Position numbers and translations under genes: made by a program. From positions 213,842 through 277,841 of the forward strand of contig SCQP01000016.1 of the NCBI GenBank assembly GCA_004299485.1: a DNA stretch of 64,000 nucleotides. The letters run 5' to 3'. The notes below the pieces were generated by a model. That model was not told where the DNA came from. It searched no databases and was given only the letters and a program-made list of their open reading frames with translations. The DNA is from Acidobacteriota bacterium. Lineage in GTDB: Bacteria > Acidobacteriota > Terriglobia > Terriglobales > SCQP01. Below are positions 9,066-17,653 of the stretch, one piece after another. How positions within the stretch are numbered: position 1 is the stretch's first letter; each line of letters starts with the position of its first letter.

Positions 9066-9521
9066 CATGTGCGCTTTTGGTCTCGTCCGCTGTTCCCTTT
9101 TTTTACGCTAACTGTACCACTTTGCAACGCAAAGCAGCGTATTTGCTGGGGATCTTGAATGTCTGGAGTGGCACACGCGGAACAGGAAATGGAACAGGCG
9201 CGTACGGGGCGCCGTGGCGGGTGGCGAGTCGCGAGTGGTGAGACAAGGCTGACGGACATGGTTCGAGTGTTGGATCGGCGGTGCGCACCCACGGTATCCC
9301 TGCTTCGCGCTCGCGCTACGCAGGGCAGGGCCGGCGGAGCTGCCCGGTCAAGCTAAGGACGGTTATGAGTAATTAGATGGGCAAAGGGATCATTTGGTTG
9401 GCCGGAAGGGAGAATGCGTGAGCCCTGAAATGGGACGGCGTGACCCCACATGAACGGGGATTGACTGCATCACGGCGTGAGTTGAGGCTGGTAGCTATTC
9501 GGCTCATTTCCGGACGCTGCC

Positions 9522-10847
9522 ATGCAGTTGAGAATCCCGCTCCTCGCCCCCGCCAGCAGGTTAATTGCCATCGCCCTATCGCTGTTCGGCGCTGGCTTGG
9601 CGTACGCGCAAATCCCCAATCTCACGGCTTCGACGGCGACGCCGTTACCCGAGCACGGCCATAGCTACATCAGCGCGCGGCTGCCGCAGGGCGACGATGC
9701 GGTGCAGGTGTTCGGCGGCGGCGTGAGCGAGTTCGTGAACCCGGCGACGGGATCGGTGAGTTGGCGCATTTGCACCACGCCGCCCAAAGGACGGCAGCTT
9801 TCGATCCCGTTCTGCTTCGTGTACGACTTCGCGGGCGTACACCATCTGGAAAACAACGCGCCGGGCAACCCGAGCTGGAATACGGACGCATCCTACCTCG
9901 AGCAGGGCGGCTGGACCTATTCGCTGCCGGAGCTGACGGAGGTGACGCGGCAGGAGGTGAACGGCAGCTATGTGTGCGACTACGCGACCGATTATATGTT
10001 CCGCGACAGCGAGGGCGGGCGGCACGCGATGGGGTTGTCGATTTTTGGTCCGGCGCCGGGCGCGCCCGCGAACTCGTGCTCCCAGGTGCAGCCGGCGCCG
10101 GGCGGGGTGACGACGGGCGGGGAGGGTGCGATTCTGGCGACGACGAGCGAGCCCAGCGGCAGCTTCAGCCTGCAGCCGGTAACGGTCACCGATGCCGACG
10201 GCACCCGCTACATCTTCAACGACCCCGGCAGGCAGGCGCTGGCGAACGGCTTCACGGCCGAGCTGCCCGACGTCATTGAAGACCGCAACGGCAACGAGAT
10301 CACCCTCACGGACAGCGGCAGTGGCAAGGTGACCGCGACCGACACGGTGGGCCGGGCGGCGGTGGCGACCTCGGGGTTTGGGGCAAGCGCGGGCGACAGC
10401 GTGCAGATTGCGGGCGAGAGCGCGGCCTATACGGTAGACTGGGGCACGGCGGCGTCGAGCTACAGCGTAGACAGCACGTCCGAGTCAGGAACGTGTACAG
10501 TGCCGGGAACGGTTTCGGGTTCGCAGCCCGTGGTGACCTCGATTGAGCTGCCGGACGGCGAGAGCTTCACCTTCCAGTACGATGCGACCTATGGGCTGCT
10601 CGACCGGGTGACGTTCCCAACGGGCGGCTACGTGCGCTACGTCTGGGGGATGAACGCGGCCGCCGAAGGCGGGCAGTTCGCCTCGACCAGCGGAACCTGC
10701 CTGGACCGCTACGGCGAGCCGGCGATCACGGCGCGCTACGTCAGCCTCGACGGGTCAAGTGAGGTTCTGGACCAGAGCTTTGCCTACGCGACCACCTGGC
10801 CATCGAGCGGGGCGGCGTGGAGCAGTAACGGTCACCAATCAGGATGA
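9522..10847 (+). CDS. RHS/YD-repeat protein, N-terminal part with Sec signal peptide (probably the 5' portion of a frameshifted gene)
   Basis: Signal-like N-terminus 'MQLRIPLLAPASRLIAIALSLFGAGLAYAQ'. The ORF ends inside the overlap with the next ORF, which continues the same type of sequence in another frame. Confidence 0.7.
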   Translation: MQLRIPLLAPASRLIAIALSLFGAGLAYAQIPNLTASTATPLPEHGHSYISARLPQGDDAVQVFGGGVSEFVNPATGSVSWRICTTPPKGRQLSIPFCFVYDFAGVHHLENNAPGNPSWNTDASYLEQGGWTYSLPELTEVTRQEVNGSYVCDYATDYMFRDSEGGRHAMGLSIFGPAPGAPANSCSQVQPAPGGVTTGGEGAILATTSEPSGSFSLQPVTVTDADGTRYIFNDPGRQALANGFTAELPDVIEDRNGNEITLTDSGSGKVTATDTVGRAAVATSGFGASAGDSVQIAGESAAYTVDWGTAASSYSVDSTSESGTCTVPGTVSGSQPVVTSIELPDGESFTFQYDATYGLLDRVTFPTGGYVRYVWGMNAAAEGGQFASTSGTCLDRYGEPAITARYVSLDGSSEVLDQSFAYATTWPSSGAAWSSNGHQSG

Positions 10848-13800
10848 AGTGCGGGGCGCAAGCGTCGCCACCGTTTACGCCTACTCCGGCTACACGGTGC
10901 CCTTGCAGCCAAACGACGCGACCGTTTCGACGCTGCAAATGCCGGTGGAGGCAACGATTACGGCCAAAGACTGGAACGGGGCGACGCTGCGGACAACGGC
11001 GGAAACGTGGAACAACCCGCGCGAGATGGCGTCGAAGGAAATTACCGAAGATGATGGCAAGGTGAGCGAGCAGACCTACTTTTACGATGCGAACGAACAG
11101 CAAACGGAAAGGGACGAGTACGACTACGGCTCGGGCGCGCCGGGCGCGCTCACCCGGGTGACGCTGCATACCTACGGTTGCGCGCCCGGCGTGCACATCG
11201 TGGACCGGCCGACGGTGGTTGAGATCGAGGGCAGCTCGCGGACGGTGACGGCGGAGACCGAGTACGCCTACGACCAGTCGCCGCTGGTGGCGAGCGGCGC
11301 CACCGATGGGCGCGATCCGGCCTACGGGGCCGGCCGGGGCATCACCGCGCGCTGCAACCTGACCACGTTGACCAAGGTTAACTACACCGGCAACATCAGC
11401 GAATCGTTTACGTATGACGATGCCGGAAATCGGCTCACCCACGCCGACGGCAACGGCAATACCACGAGCTTTGCCTATAGTTCGAGCGATCAGGCAGCCT
11501 ACCTTACCCAGATCACGCTGCCGAACACCACGACCGCGGGCAAGACCGTCCAGCACTCGTTCACCATGGCCTACGACAACACGACGGGTCTTGAGACCTC
11601 GCGCACGGACGTGCAGAACGCGACCACGACCAGCTTCACCTACAGCGATCCGCTCGACCGGCTCACCGGGCAGAACAATCCGGATGGCGGCAAGATCACC
11701 TACGCCTATACGGCCAACTCGGTCGAGACCAAAAAGCTGGCGATAAACTCCGCCTGGACCGACGCATTTGCGCACTGGGGTGGCCTGGGCAGTGCCGACC
11801 GCAAGCTGACGTACAACGGGACCAATTGGGACACGACCGACACGGCGTTCGACGGCGAGCAGATGCCACTGTATGTTTCCTATCCCTATTTTTCGAGCGG
11901 CATCGGCTCGACCAAGGCCACCAGCAACTCCACCGAGCCAGGCGACACGACCGCGTTTGATGGCCTGGGGCGCCCGACGCAGATCCTACACTCCGATGGA
12001 GGTACGATGACCATAGCTTACTCCGGTCCCAACCGGACGGTCACCGACGCCGCCGGACGGGCGCGCGAGGAGTTCTATGATGCACTCGGGCGTCTGGCCG
12101 AAGTGAAGGAGTTCACTGACGCCAGCGGCGACGGCTACGCCACCTACTATGGCTACGGTTCGCTCGATGACTTGAAGGCTGTGACCCAGGGCAGCGAGAC
12201 GCGCACGTTCGATTATGACAATCTCAACCGGCTGGTGGACGCGATCAACCCGGAAGGTGGAACAGTGGACTATACCTACGACAACGACGGCAACTTAATC
12301 AAGCAGCAGGACGCCAACGGCACCATCGAGAACTACACGTATGACGCGCTCAATCGTTTGCGCGCGCGCAGCTACACGGTGAGCGGCAAGACCGCGGCAA
12401 CGCCAGCGGTCGAGATCGACTACGACATCGACTCCACCGGTGCTGCGACCGATTACGCCACTGGCCGCATGACGCGGGTCATCAGCGGTTCAACTTCAAT
12501 TGGCATGGACCAGTACGATGCCATGGGCCGATTGCAGACCTATGACACCGTCGTGAGCAGCCAAACGTATCACACCAGCCTGCGTTACGACTATCTGGGC
12601 GACGCCGAGTGGGAGGAGCTGCCCGATGGGCGCGAGATTGACGCCACCACGGATTACGAAGGGCGGGCGAAGTTTTTGTCGGACCAGACGGCGAAGTACG
12701 ATTTCCTGCACTATCGGACCTACTCGCCGGCGGGCGGGCTGAGCGAAGAGGAGTTTGGCAACGGGCTGGTAGGGTACGTGGACTACAACAGCCGCCTGCA
12801 ACCGGTTCAGATCTCGGTCAAAAACCCCAGCGATCCGAGCGATAATACCTGGAGAATGAACCTCTCGATTGGATATACGGAGGCGGGGGTGCAGACGGCC
12901 GATAACGGCAACGTGGTTTCCCTGACGGATGCGCTCGGCAACGCGAGCCAGAACTACACCATGAATTACGACCATCTCAACCGATTGCTGAGCTGGTCGA
13001 TGGGAGGAGGTACGAGCTGTCAATTTGCGATTGATCAGTACGGCAACCTGGGTTTGTCGAGCGGCAGCGGCTGCGCGATGCTGAGCGGGCTGAGCTTCAA
13101 CGGCAACAATCAGATCGTGGGCTACACGTACGACGCGAGCGGGGATTTGTTGACGGATAACGCCGGGTCGAACTACGCCTGGGACGGCAACAGCCAGTTG
13201 GTGAACTTCTACACCGGGGGCGCAAGCGGCAGCTACGTGTACGACGGCCTGCTGCGGCGGGTGGAAAAGGCGGCGGACTCGGTCACGACCGTCTACGCGC
13301 GGGACGCGCTGGGCAACGTGGTGGCGAGCCTGACGAACGGCGTCTGGACGGACTACGTCTGGGCGAACCCGCCCGGGGCGGGCAACCGGATGGCCGCGGC
13401 GCCGGCGTCGCCGGATGCGGAGCGGATAGCGGCGGTGGTCGGCTCGGGGGTGGGCACGGTGTACTATTTCCACACCGACCAGGTCGGGACCACGCGCGCC
13501 GTAACCGACGAGAACGGCAACAACGTAGCCACGTGCGGGCAGAACGCGACGTACCCGAACGGGAGCTTTCTGACCTATGGCCCGTTCGGCATGCCGACGG
13601 GCTGCACGCAGACGGCGACGCCGATTCTGTTCACCGGGCACGAGCTGGACAGCGAATCGAACCTGAGCCAGTTCCAGTACCGCAAGTACGCGGCGCTGGA
13701 AGCCCGCTGGGCCACGCCCGACCCGGCCGGGGTGAACGGCCCGCCTGCGCCCTCGCCCAACGGCTTTGACCTCGGCCCGGCTGCCGCGGGCGCACCCGGC

Positions 13801-14088
13801 GATCTCGAACCCGAATCGCCCGTCGCGAGCTTGGCGACCCTGCCTGGCTTCGGCCTCCCGCTCGGTGGCGTCGACCCGCTTGAACCGCAGACATGGAACC
13901 CGTATGCGTATGTCGGCAATACGCCCGTAGTTTTCGTCGACCCGTCGGGACGATGGTGGGGCTGCGTAGCAATGAGCGTTGGCGCCCTAGGCTTTGGGCT
14001 TGCCGGCCTGGCCACGGCGGACCCGTTCCTCGGCGCTATTGGGTGGTCCCTCGGCGCCCACGCCCTGGCATGCCACTTTGTGATGTGA
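10759..14088 (+). CDS. RHS/YD-repeat polymorphic toxin, main body plus 44-aa C-terminal tip
   Basis: Many YD repeats (e.g. 'YTYDNDGNLIKQQDANGTIENYTYDALNRL'). RHS core end 'FTGHELDSESNLSQFQYRKYAALEARWATPDP' followed by 'NPYAYVGNTPVVFVDPSGR'. There is no credible start near 10759, so it is probably fused to 9522-10847 by a +1 shift near 10820. Confidence 0.85.
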   Translation: MRFWTRALPTRPPGHRAGRRGAVTVTNQDEVRGASVATVYAYSGYTVPLQPNDATVSTLQMPVEATITAKDWNGATLRTTAETWNNPREMASKEITEDDGKVSEQTYFYDANEQQTERDEYDYGSGAPGALTRVTLHTYGCAPGVHIVDRPTVVEIEGSSRTVTAETEYAYDQSPLVASGATDGRDPAYGAGRGITARCNLTTLTKVNYTGNISESFTYDDAGNRLTHADGNGNTTSFAYSSSDQAAYLTQITLPNTTTAGKTVQHSFTMAYDNTTGLETSRTDVQNATTTSFTYSDPLDRLTGQNNPDGGKITYAYTANSVETKKLAINSAWTDAFAHWGGLGSADRKLTYNGTNWDTTDTAFDGEQMPLYVSYPYFSSGIGSTKATSNSTEPGDTTAFDGLGRPTQILHSDGGTMTIAYSGPNRTVTDAAGRAREEFYDALGRLAEVKEFTDASGDGYATYYGYGSLDDLKAVTQGSETRTFDYDNLNRLVDAINPEGGTVDYTYDNDGNLIKQQDANGTIENYTYDALNRLRARSYTVSGKTAATPAVEIDYDIDSTGAATDYATGRMTRVISGSTSIGMDQYDAMGRLQTYDTVVSSQTYHTSLRYDYLGDAEWEELPDGREIDATTDYEGRAKFLSDQTAKYDFLHYRTYSPAGGLSEEEFGNGLVGYVDYNSRLQPVQISVKNPSDPSDNTWRMNLSIGYTEAGVQTADNGNVVSLTDALGNASQNYTMNYDHLNRLLSWSMGGGTSCQFAIDQYGNLGLSSGSGCAMLSGLSFNGNNQIVGYTYDASGDLLTDNAGSNYAWDGNSQLVNFYTGGASGSYVYDGLLRRVEKAADSVTTVYARDALGNVVASLTNGVWTDYVWANPPGAGNRMAAAPASPDAERIAAVVGSGVGTVYYFHTDQVGTTRAVTDENGNNVATCGQNATYPNGSFLTYGPFGMPTGCTQTATPILFTGHELDSESNLSQFQYRKYAALEARWATPDPAGVNGPPAPSPNGFDLGPAAAGAPGDLEPESPVASLATLPGFGLPLGGVDPLEPQTWNPYAYVGNTPVVFVDPSGRWWGCVAMSVGALGFGLAGLATADPFLGAIGWSLGAHALACHFVM
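12847..13913 (+). repeat. 1,067-bp direct repeat, copy A (inside the main RHS gene)
   Basis: Aligns colinearly with 14952-16018 at a constant offset of 2105 nt with no indels. Differences are scattered single-base substitutions. Confidence 0.9.
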
Positions 14089-14108
14089 TCCGCTCGGAGA
14101 GAGGCAAA

Positions 14109-14441
14109 ATGGAGACTCAATTTGACCCCCGGCGCGAGATCCAGGTTATTTGGGTCATGCTTGGTTTCATGGTCGTGGGTTGCGCTTTTATGGCTTGGTC
14201 CGTGGCTTCCGCATTTGCTGGCCCCGTGATGTGGACGATAGCGGTCGCGGTGGGTGCGCCTGCGGCGGTATTTGCCTTTTATCTGTCGAGCTTCCGTTCC
14301 AGCCTGCGTCGGATGGGCAGCACGGCTAGTTCCCAGGGGCAGCGATCTCTCATGAGGCTAATGGCAGCAGCGGCGTTTTATGTTGGGGCTGTCGGGTTAG
14401 CGGTCGGTGAGGCCATAGGCCGTGTACCAGGAGGACACTGA
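14109..14441 (+). CDS. Small membrane protein, candidate immunity protein for the RHS tip
   Basis: 110 aa from the ATG at 14109, preceded by 'ggagagagg'. Starts 21 nt after the RHS stop. About 3 hydrophobic helices ('VIWVMLGFMVVGCAFMAWSVA', 'VMWTIAVAVGAPAAVFAFYL', 'AAAAFYVGAVGLAVG'). Confidence 0.6.
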   Translation: METQFDPRREIQVIWVMLGFMVVGCAFMAWSVASAFAGPVMWTIAVAVGAPAAVFAFYLSSFRSSLRRMGSTASSQGQRSLMRLMAAAAFYVGAVGLAVGEAIGRVPGGH

Positions 14442-14796
14442 ACAGACAATGCCTGACGCTAAGAGTTCCACCGCCGCGCTGGCCTCCACGCACGTTCGGC
14501 GAACGTTTGCGCTCCTTGGGCTGGTACTGATGTTGGCCTGCACGAGCATATTTGATATAGAGCTGGTTCGGGGGTTTGGTGTACCGTTCGGCCCAGTGTT
14601 CTTGCTGCTGTTCATCGCCATCCAGGTATACGCGATATGGCTCTACATAACTCACGTCGCATCTGCTGGCTACGATCCAGATCCACAGGTTATTGCGACC
14701 TCGATCGGGCTGGAGGGCGCCTTCCTCCTACTGGCTATCACGACGTCAGCTATCTCTATCACCGGAGCCTACGTTCTCAGCCTTATCAAGGCTTAA
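14422..14796 (+). CDS. Small membrane protein (second immunity-like gene)
   Basis: 124-aa ORF (alternative ATG at 14449) with 3-4 hydrophobic helices. The DNA is visibly AT-richer than its surroundings. Confidence 0.55.
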   Translation: MYQEDTEQTMPDAKSSTAALASTHVRRTFALLGLVLMLACTSIFDIELVRGFGVPFGPVFLLLFIAIQVYAIWLYITHVASAGYDPDPQVIATSIGLEGAFLLLAITTSAISITGAYVLSLIKA

Positions 14797-14951
14797 AATG
14801 CGTGATCACCGGATCAATCGGCTTTTTAGTTGGTCCAGGGGCGTCTGCGCGGCGGGTCCCGGCGAGCCGCCGGCAGCGGGCGGGACGGATGGTGCGGGAG
14901 GGGCGGGGGGGCCCGGCGCTTGCGGGATGAGCCCAATCATCGCAGCAGTGC

Positions 14952-16018
14952 ACCTGGAGGATGGACCTGTCGATTGGGTATACGAAGGCGGGGGTGCAGA
15001 CGGCCGATAACGGCAACGTGGTTTCCCTGACGGATGCACTCGGCAACGCGAGCCAGGATTACACCATGAACTACGATCAGCTCAACCGTTTGCTGAGCTG
15101 GTCGACGGGAGGAGGCACGAGCTGTCAATTTGCAATCGATCAGTACGGCAACCTGGGTTTGTCGAGCGGCACGGGCTGCGCGATGCTGAGCGGGCTGAGC
15201 TTCAACAGCAACAATCAGATCGTCGGCTACAGCTACGACCCAAGCGGCAATTTGCTGACCGACAGCGCCGGGTCGAACTACACCTGGGACGGCAACAGCC
15301 AGTTGGTGAACTTCTACACCGAAGGCGCCAGCGGCAGCTACGTCTACGACGGTCTACTGCGGCGGGTGGAAAAGACGGCGGACTCGGTGACAACCGTCTA
15401 CGCGCGCGATGCGCTGGGCAACATGGTTGCGAGCCTGACGAACGGCGTCTGGACAGACTACATCTGGTCGAACCCGCCGAAAGCGGGCAACCGCGTGGCC
15501 GCAGCGCCGGCATCGCCTGAGGCCGAGCGGATCGCCGCGGTGGTTGGATCCGGGGTGGGCACGGTGTACTACTTCCATACCGACCAGGTCGGGACGACGC
15601 GCGCCGTGACCGACGAAAACGGCAATAACGTGGCCACGTGTGGGCAGAACGCGACGTACCCGAATGGGAGCTTTCTGACGTATGGTCCGTTCGGCATGCC
15701 GACGGGCTGCACGCAGACGGCGACGCCGATTCTGTTTACCGGCCACGAGCTGGACAGCGAATCGAACCTGAGCCAGTTCCAGTACCGCAAGTACGCCGCG
15801 CTGGAAGCCCGCTGGGCCACGCCCGACCCGGCAGGCGTGAACGGCCCGCCGGCGCCATCGCCCAACGGCTTTGATCTGGGCATAACCGCCGCGGGCGCGC
15901 CCGGCGACCTCGAACCCGAATCGCCCGTCGCCAGCCTGGCGACCCTGCCCGGCTTTGGCTTGCCGCTCGGTGGCGTCGACCCGCTCGAGCCGCAGACCTG
16001 GAACCCCTATGCATACGT
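14952..16018 (+). repeat. 1,067-bp direct repeat, copy B (orphan RHS cassette)
   Basis: Homologous to 12847-13913. Homology starts at acctggag and decays after tatgc(a/g)ta(c/t)gt. Confidence 0.9.
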
Positions 16019-16187
16019 GGATGGCGACCCGGCGTCTGGTTTCGATCCCGACGGCCGCTGGAACTGGTGCCTCACCGGAACAGTCGTGTCTATCGGCCTG
16101 AAGGTCTGGGGTATGACAGGGAACCCAATCGCCTTCGCCGCCGGTTGGTACCTCGGCGGCTATGTCGCTTTTGCGTGCCTCAAATGA
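14961..16187 (+). CDS. Orphan RHS C-terminal fragment with alternative 42-aa tip
   Basis: The 408-aa ORF duplicates the last ~355 aa of the RHS shell and core ('MDLSIGYTKAGVQTADNGN...FTGHELDSESNL...'). It then diverges to 'FDPDGRWNWCLTGTVVSIGLKVWGMTGNPIAFAAGWYLGGYVAFACLK'. The ATG at 14961 corresponds to an internal Met of the main gene, so independent translation is uncertain. Confidence 0.75.
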   Translation: MDLSIGYTKAGVQTADNGNVVSLTDALGNASQDYTMNYDQLNRLLSWSTGGGTSCQFAIDQYGNLGLSSGTGCAMLSGLSFNSNNQIVGYSYDPSGNLLTDSAGSNYTWDGNSQLVNFYTEGASGSYVYDGLLRRVEKTADSVTTVYARDALGNMVASLTNGVWTDYIWSNPPKAGNRVAAAPASPEAERIAAVVGSGVGTVYYFHTDQVGTTRAVTDENGNNVATCGQNATYPNGSFLTYGPFGMPTGCTQTATPILFTGHELDSESNLSQFQYRKYAALEARWATPDPAGVNGPPAPSPNGFDLGITAAGAPGDLEPESPVASLATLPGFGLPLGGVDPLEPQTWNPYAYVDGDPASGFDPDGRWNWCLTGTVVSIGLKVWGMTGNPIAFAAGWYLGGYVAFACLK

Positions 16188-17653
16188 GCGGAGCCGAGCG
16201 GCGGTCCGCGAGCGCGCTGGCCTCCTTTTGGTTCTTAGTAGGCGCGCTGCTGGGCGGGCGGTGGCGCAGGACTCAGGCTCGCGGGGGTGCGCTGCCGCTT
16301 CTGGTGGGGTTGGCAGCCGGGATCACGCTGGGAGTTTCGCTGATTGCTCGCTTGCACGCGAACCTCAGCCCGGCGGCGTTCGATGGACGCATGGGCGAGT
16401 TGGGGCTGGGGTTGTGGGGCGCGTGGCTGGCGTCGGCGGCAATCCTGCGTGTGGACTTCGGGTGGCACGTGCCGCTGCGCCCGTGGGCCATCCGGCCTGG
16501 GTTCTGGGCTGGTTATACGGCCGCGGTTGCGCTGGCGCCGCTCACCGCTGTGGTCGCCGGCGGGTTTGTGGTCACTTTGGTCGCCGCGGTGCTTGCGTTG
16601 CGGCCTTCTGCAGGTGGGGCGCTGCTGCTGGTGGCGGCGCTTTCGCTATTGTTCTTTGCTACGCTGCGCGTGACGCATTTGGCGCTGGTGCTACTCCGAC
16701 CGGGCGGAGCCGTCGTTGAGCGCATGGCCGGGCTCGCCATTGCCCTTGGGCTGGCAACCTGGAACTGGCTGGCAGGAGGCCTGGTGCCGCTGCATTGGGT
16801 GGGACAGCGTGCGGGCGGCGTGGCGGAACTGCTCGGATTGCTTTTGGCGGTTTGTGCTGCGGACGGCTGGCTCACGCGACGCGTCCTGCTGCAAGGACTG
16901 GCAGGGCGGCAGCGGGAAGTGATTCGCACCGGAGCGTTGGGTGCAGGCGCGGGTCCGGCTGCGGCCCTCCGCCGCGCGGCGCTGATTGGCTGGTTGCGGC
17001 ATGCCAACATCGACTTCGCGTTAGCCTTCGGCGCGCTTTGGCTCCCGATATTCGCCCTGCTCGCGCCCGGTACAATGCAGCCGGGGATGCCGATTGCCTT
17101 CTGCGGCTTTGCGCTGCTTTTCCTTTCGCTAGTGCGCGGGAATCTGCTTGGCATTGACGGCGCCGGAACCTGGCGCCATGCGTCGGCCGCGGTGGCGCCA
17201 TGGCAAGTGCTTTTGCAGCGCGGGCGGGTGCTGGATTGGATCGAAATTGTCGTCCTTGCGCCGACGCTGGCTCTTTCGGTGGCCCAGCGGCCCGGGGGCT
17301 GGACGGGGATCGTGGCGACAGTCGCGTTCGCGGTGAGCACTATTTCCTCGCAAGGCGCGGCGGGGTTGTTGCTGTCGTGCGCCTACCCGGAGCCGGTAGA
17401 GCGCTCGGATTTCCGCTCCGGAATGAATGCGACCGGAGGGAATTGGATTCTGCTGGGCACCATGATCTGGACGGTAGGCTTCCTGCTTGCATTTCTGCGC
17501 ACCTGGCCCGGCGCCGCGGCGTGGATCTGGCCGGCAGCGCTTGCCGGGGTCTGCCTGCTGATCCGGGAGGCGGTGGTCCGGCGTTTAAAGAGTCAGCTTG
17601 CGACTACCTGGCCGGCGCGGGTGCTGGCGCGGATGGGAGCGGTGCTGTCGTGA
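16184..17653 (+). CDS. Large polytopic membrane protein (putative ABC-exporter permease)
   Basis: About 490 aa from the ATG at 16184, which overlaps the orphan RHS stop (ATGA). At least 10 hydrophobic segments. Followed by an ABC ATPase with a GTGA overlap. The track ORF begins at 16067 inside the RHS fragment. Confidence 0.65.
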   Translation: MSGAERRSASALASFWFLVGALLGGRWRRTQARGGALPLLVGLAAGITLGVSLIARLHANLSPAAFDGRMGELGLGLWGAWLASAAILRVDFGWHVPLRPWAIRPGFWAGYTAAVALAPLTAVVAGGFVVTLVAAVLALRPSAGGALLLVAALSLLFFATLRVTHLALVLLRPGGAVVERMAGLAIALGLATWNWLAGGLVPLHWVGQRAGGVAELLGLLLAVCAADGWLTRRVLLQGLAGRQREVIRTGALGAGAGPAAALRRAALIGWLRHANIDFALAFGALWLPIFALLAPGTMQPGMPIAFCGFALLFLSLVRGNLLGIDGAGTWRHASAAVAPWQVLLQRGRVLDWIEIVVLAPTLALSVAQRPGGWTGIVATVAFAVSTISSQGAAGLLLSCAYPEPVERSDFRSGMNATGGNWILLGTMIWTVGFLLAFLRTWPGAAAWIWPAALAGVCLLIREAVVRRLKSQLATTWPARVLARMGAVLS

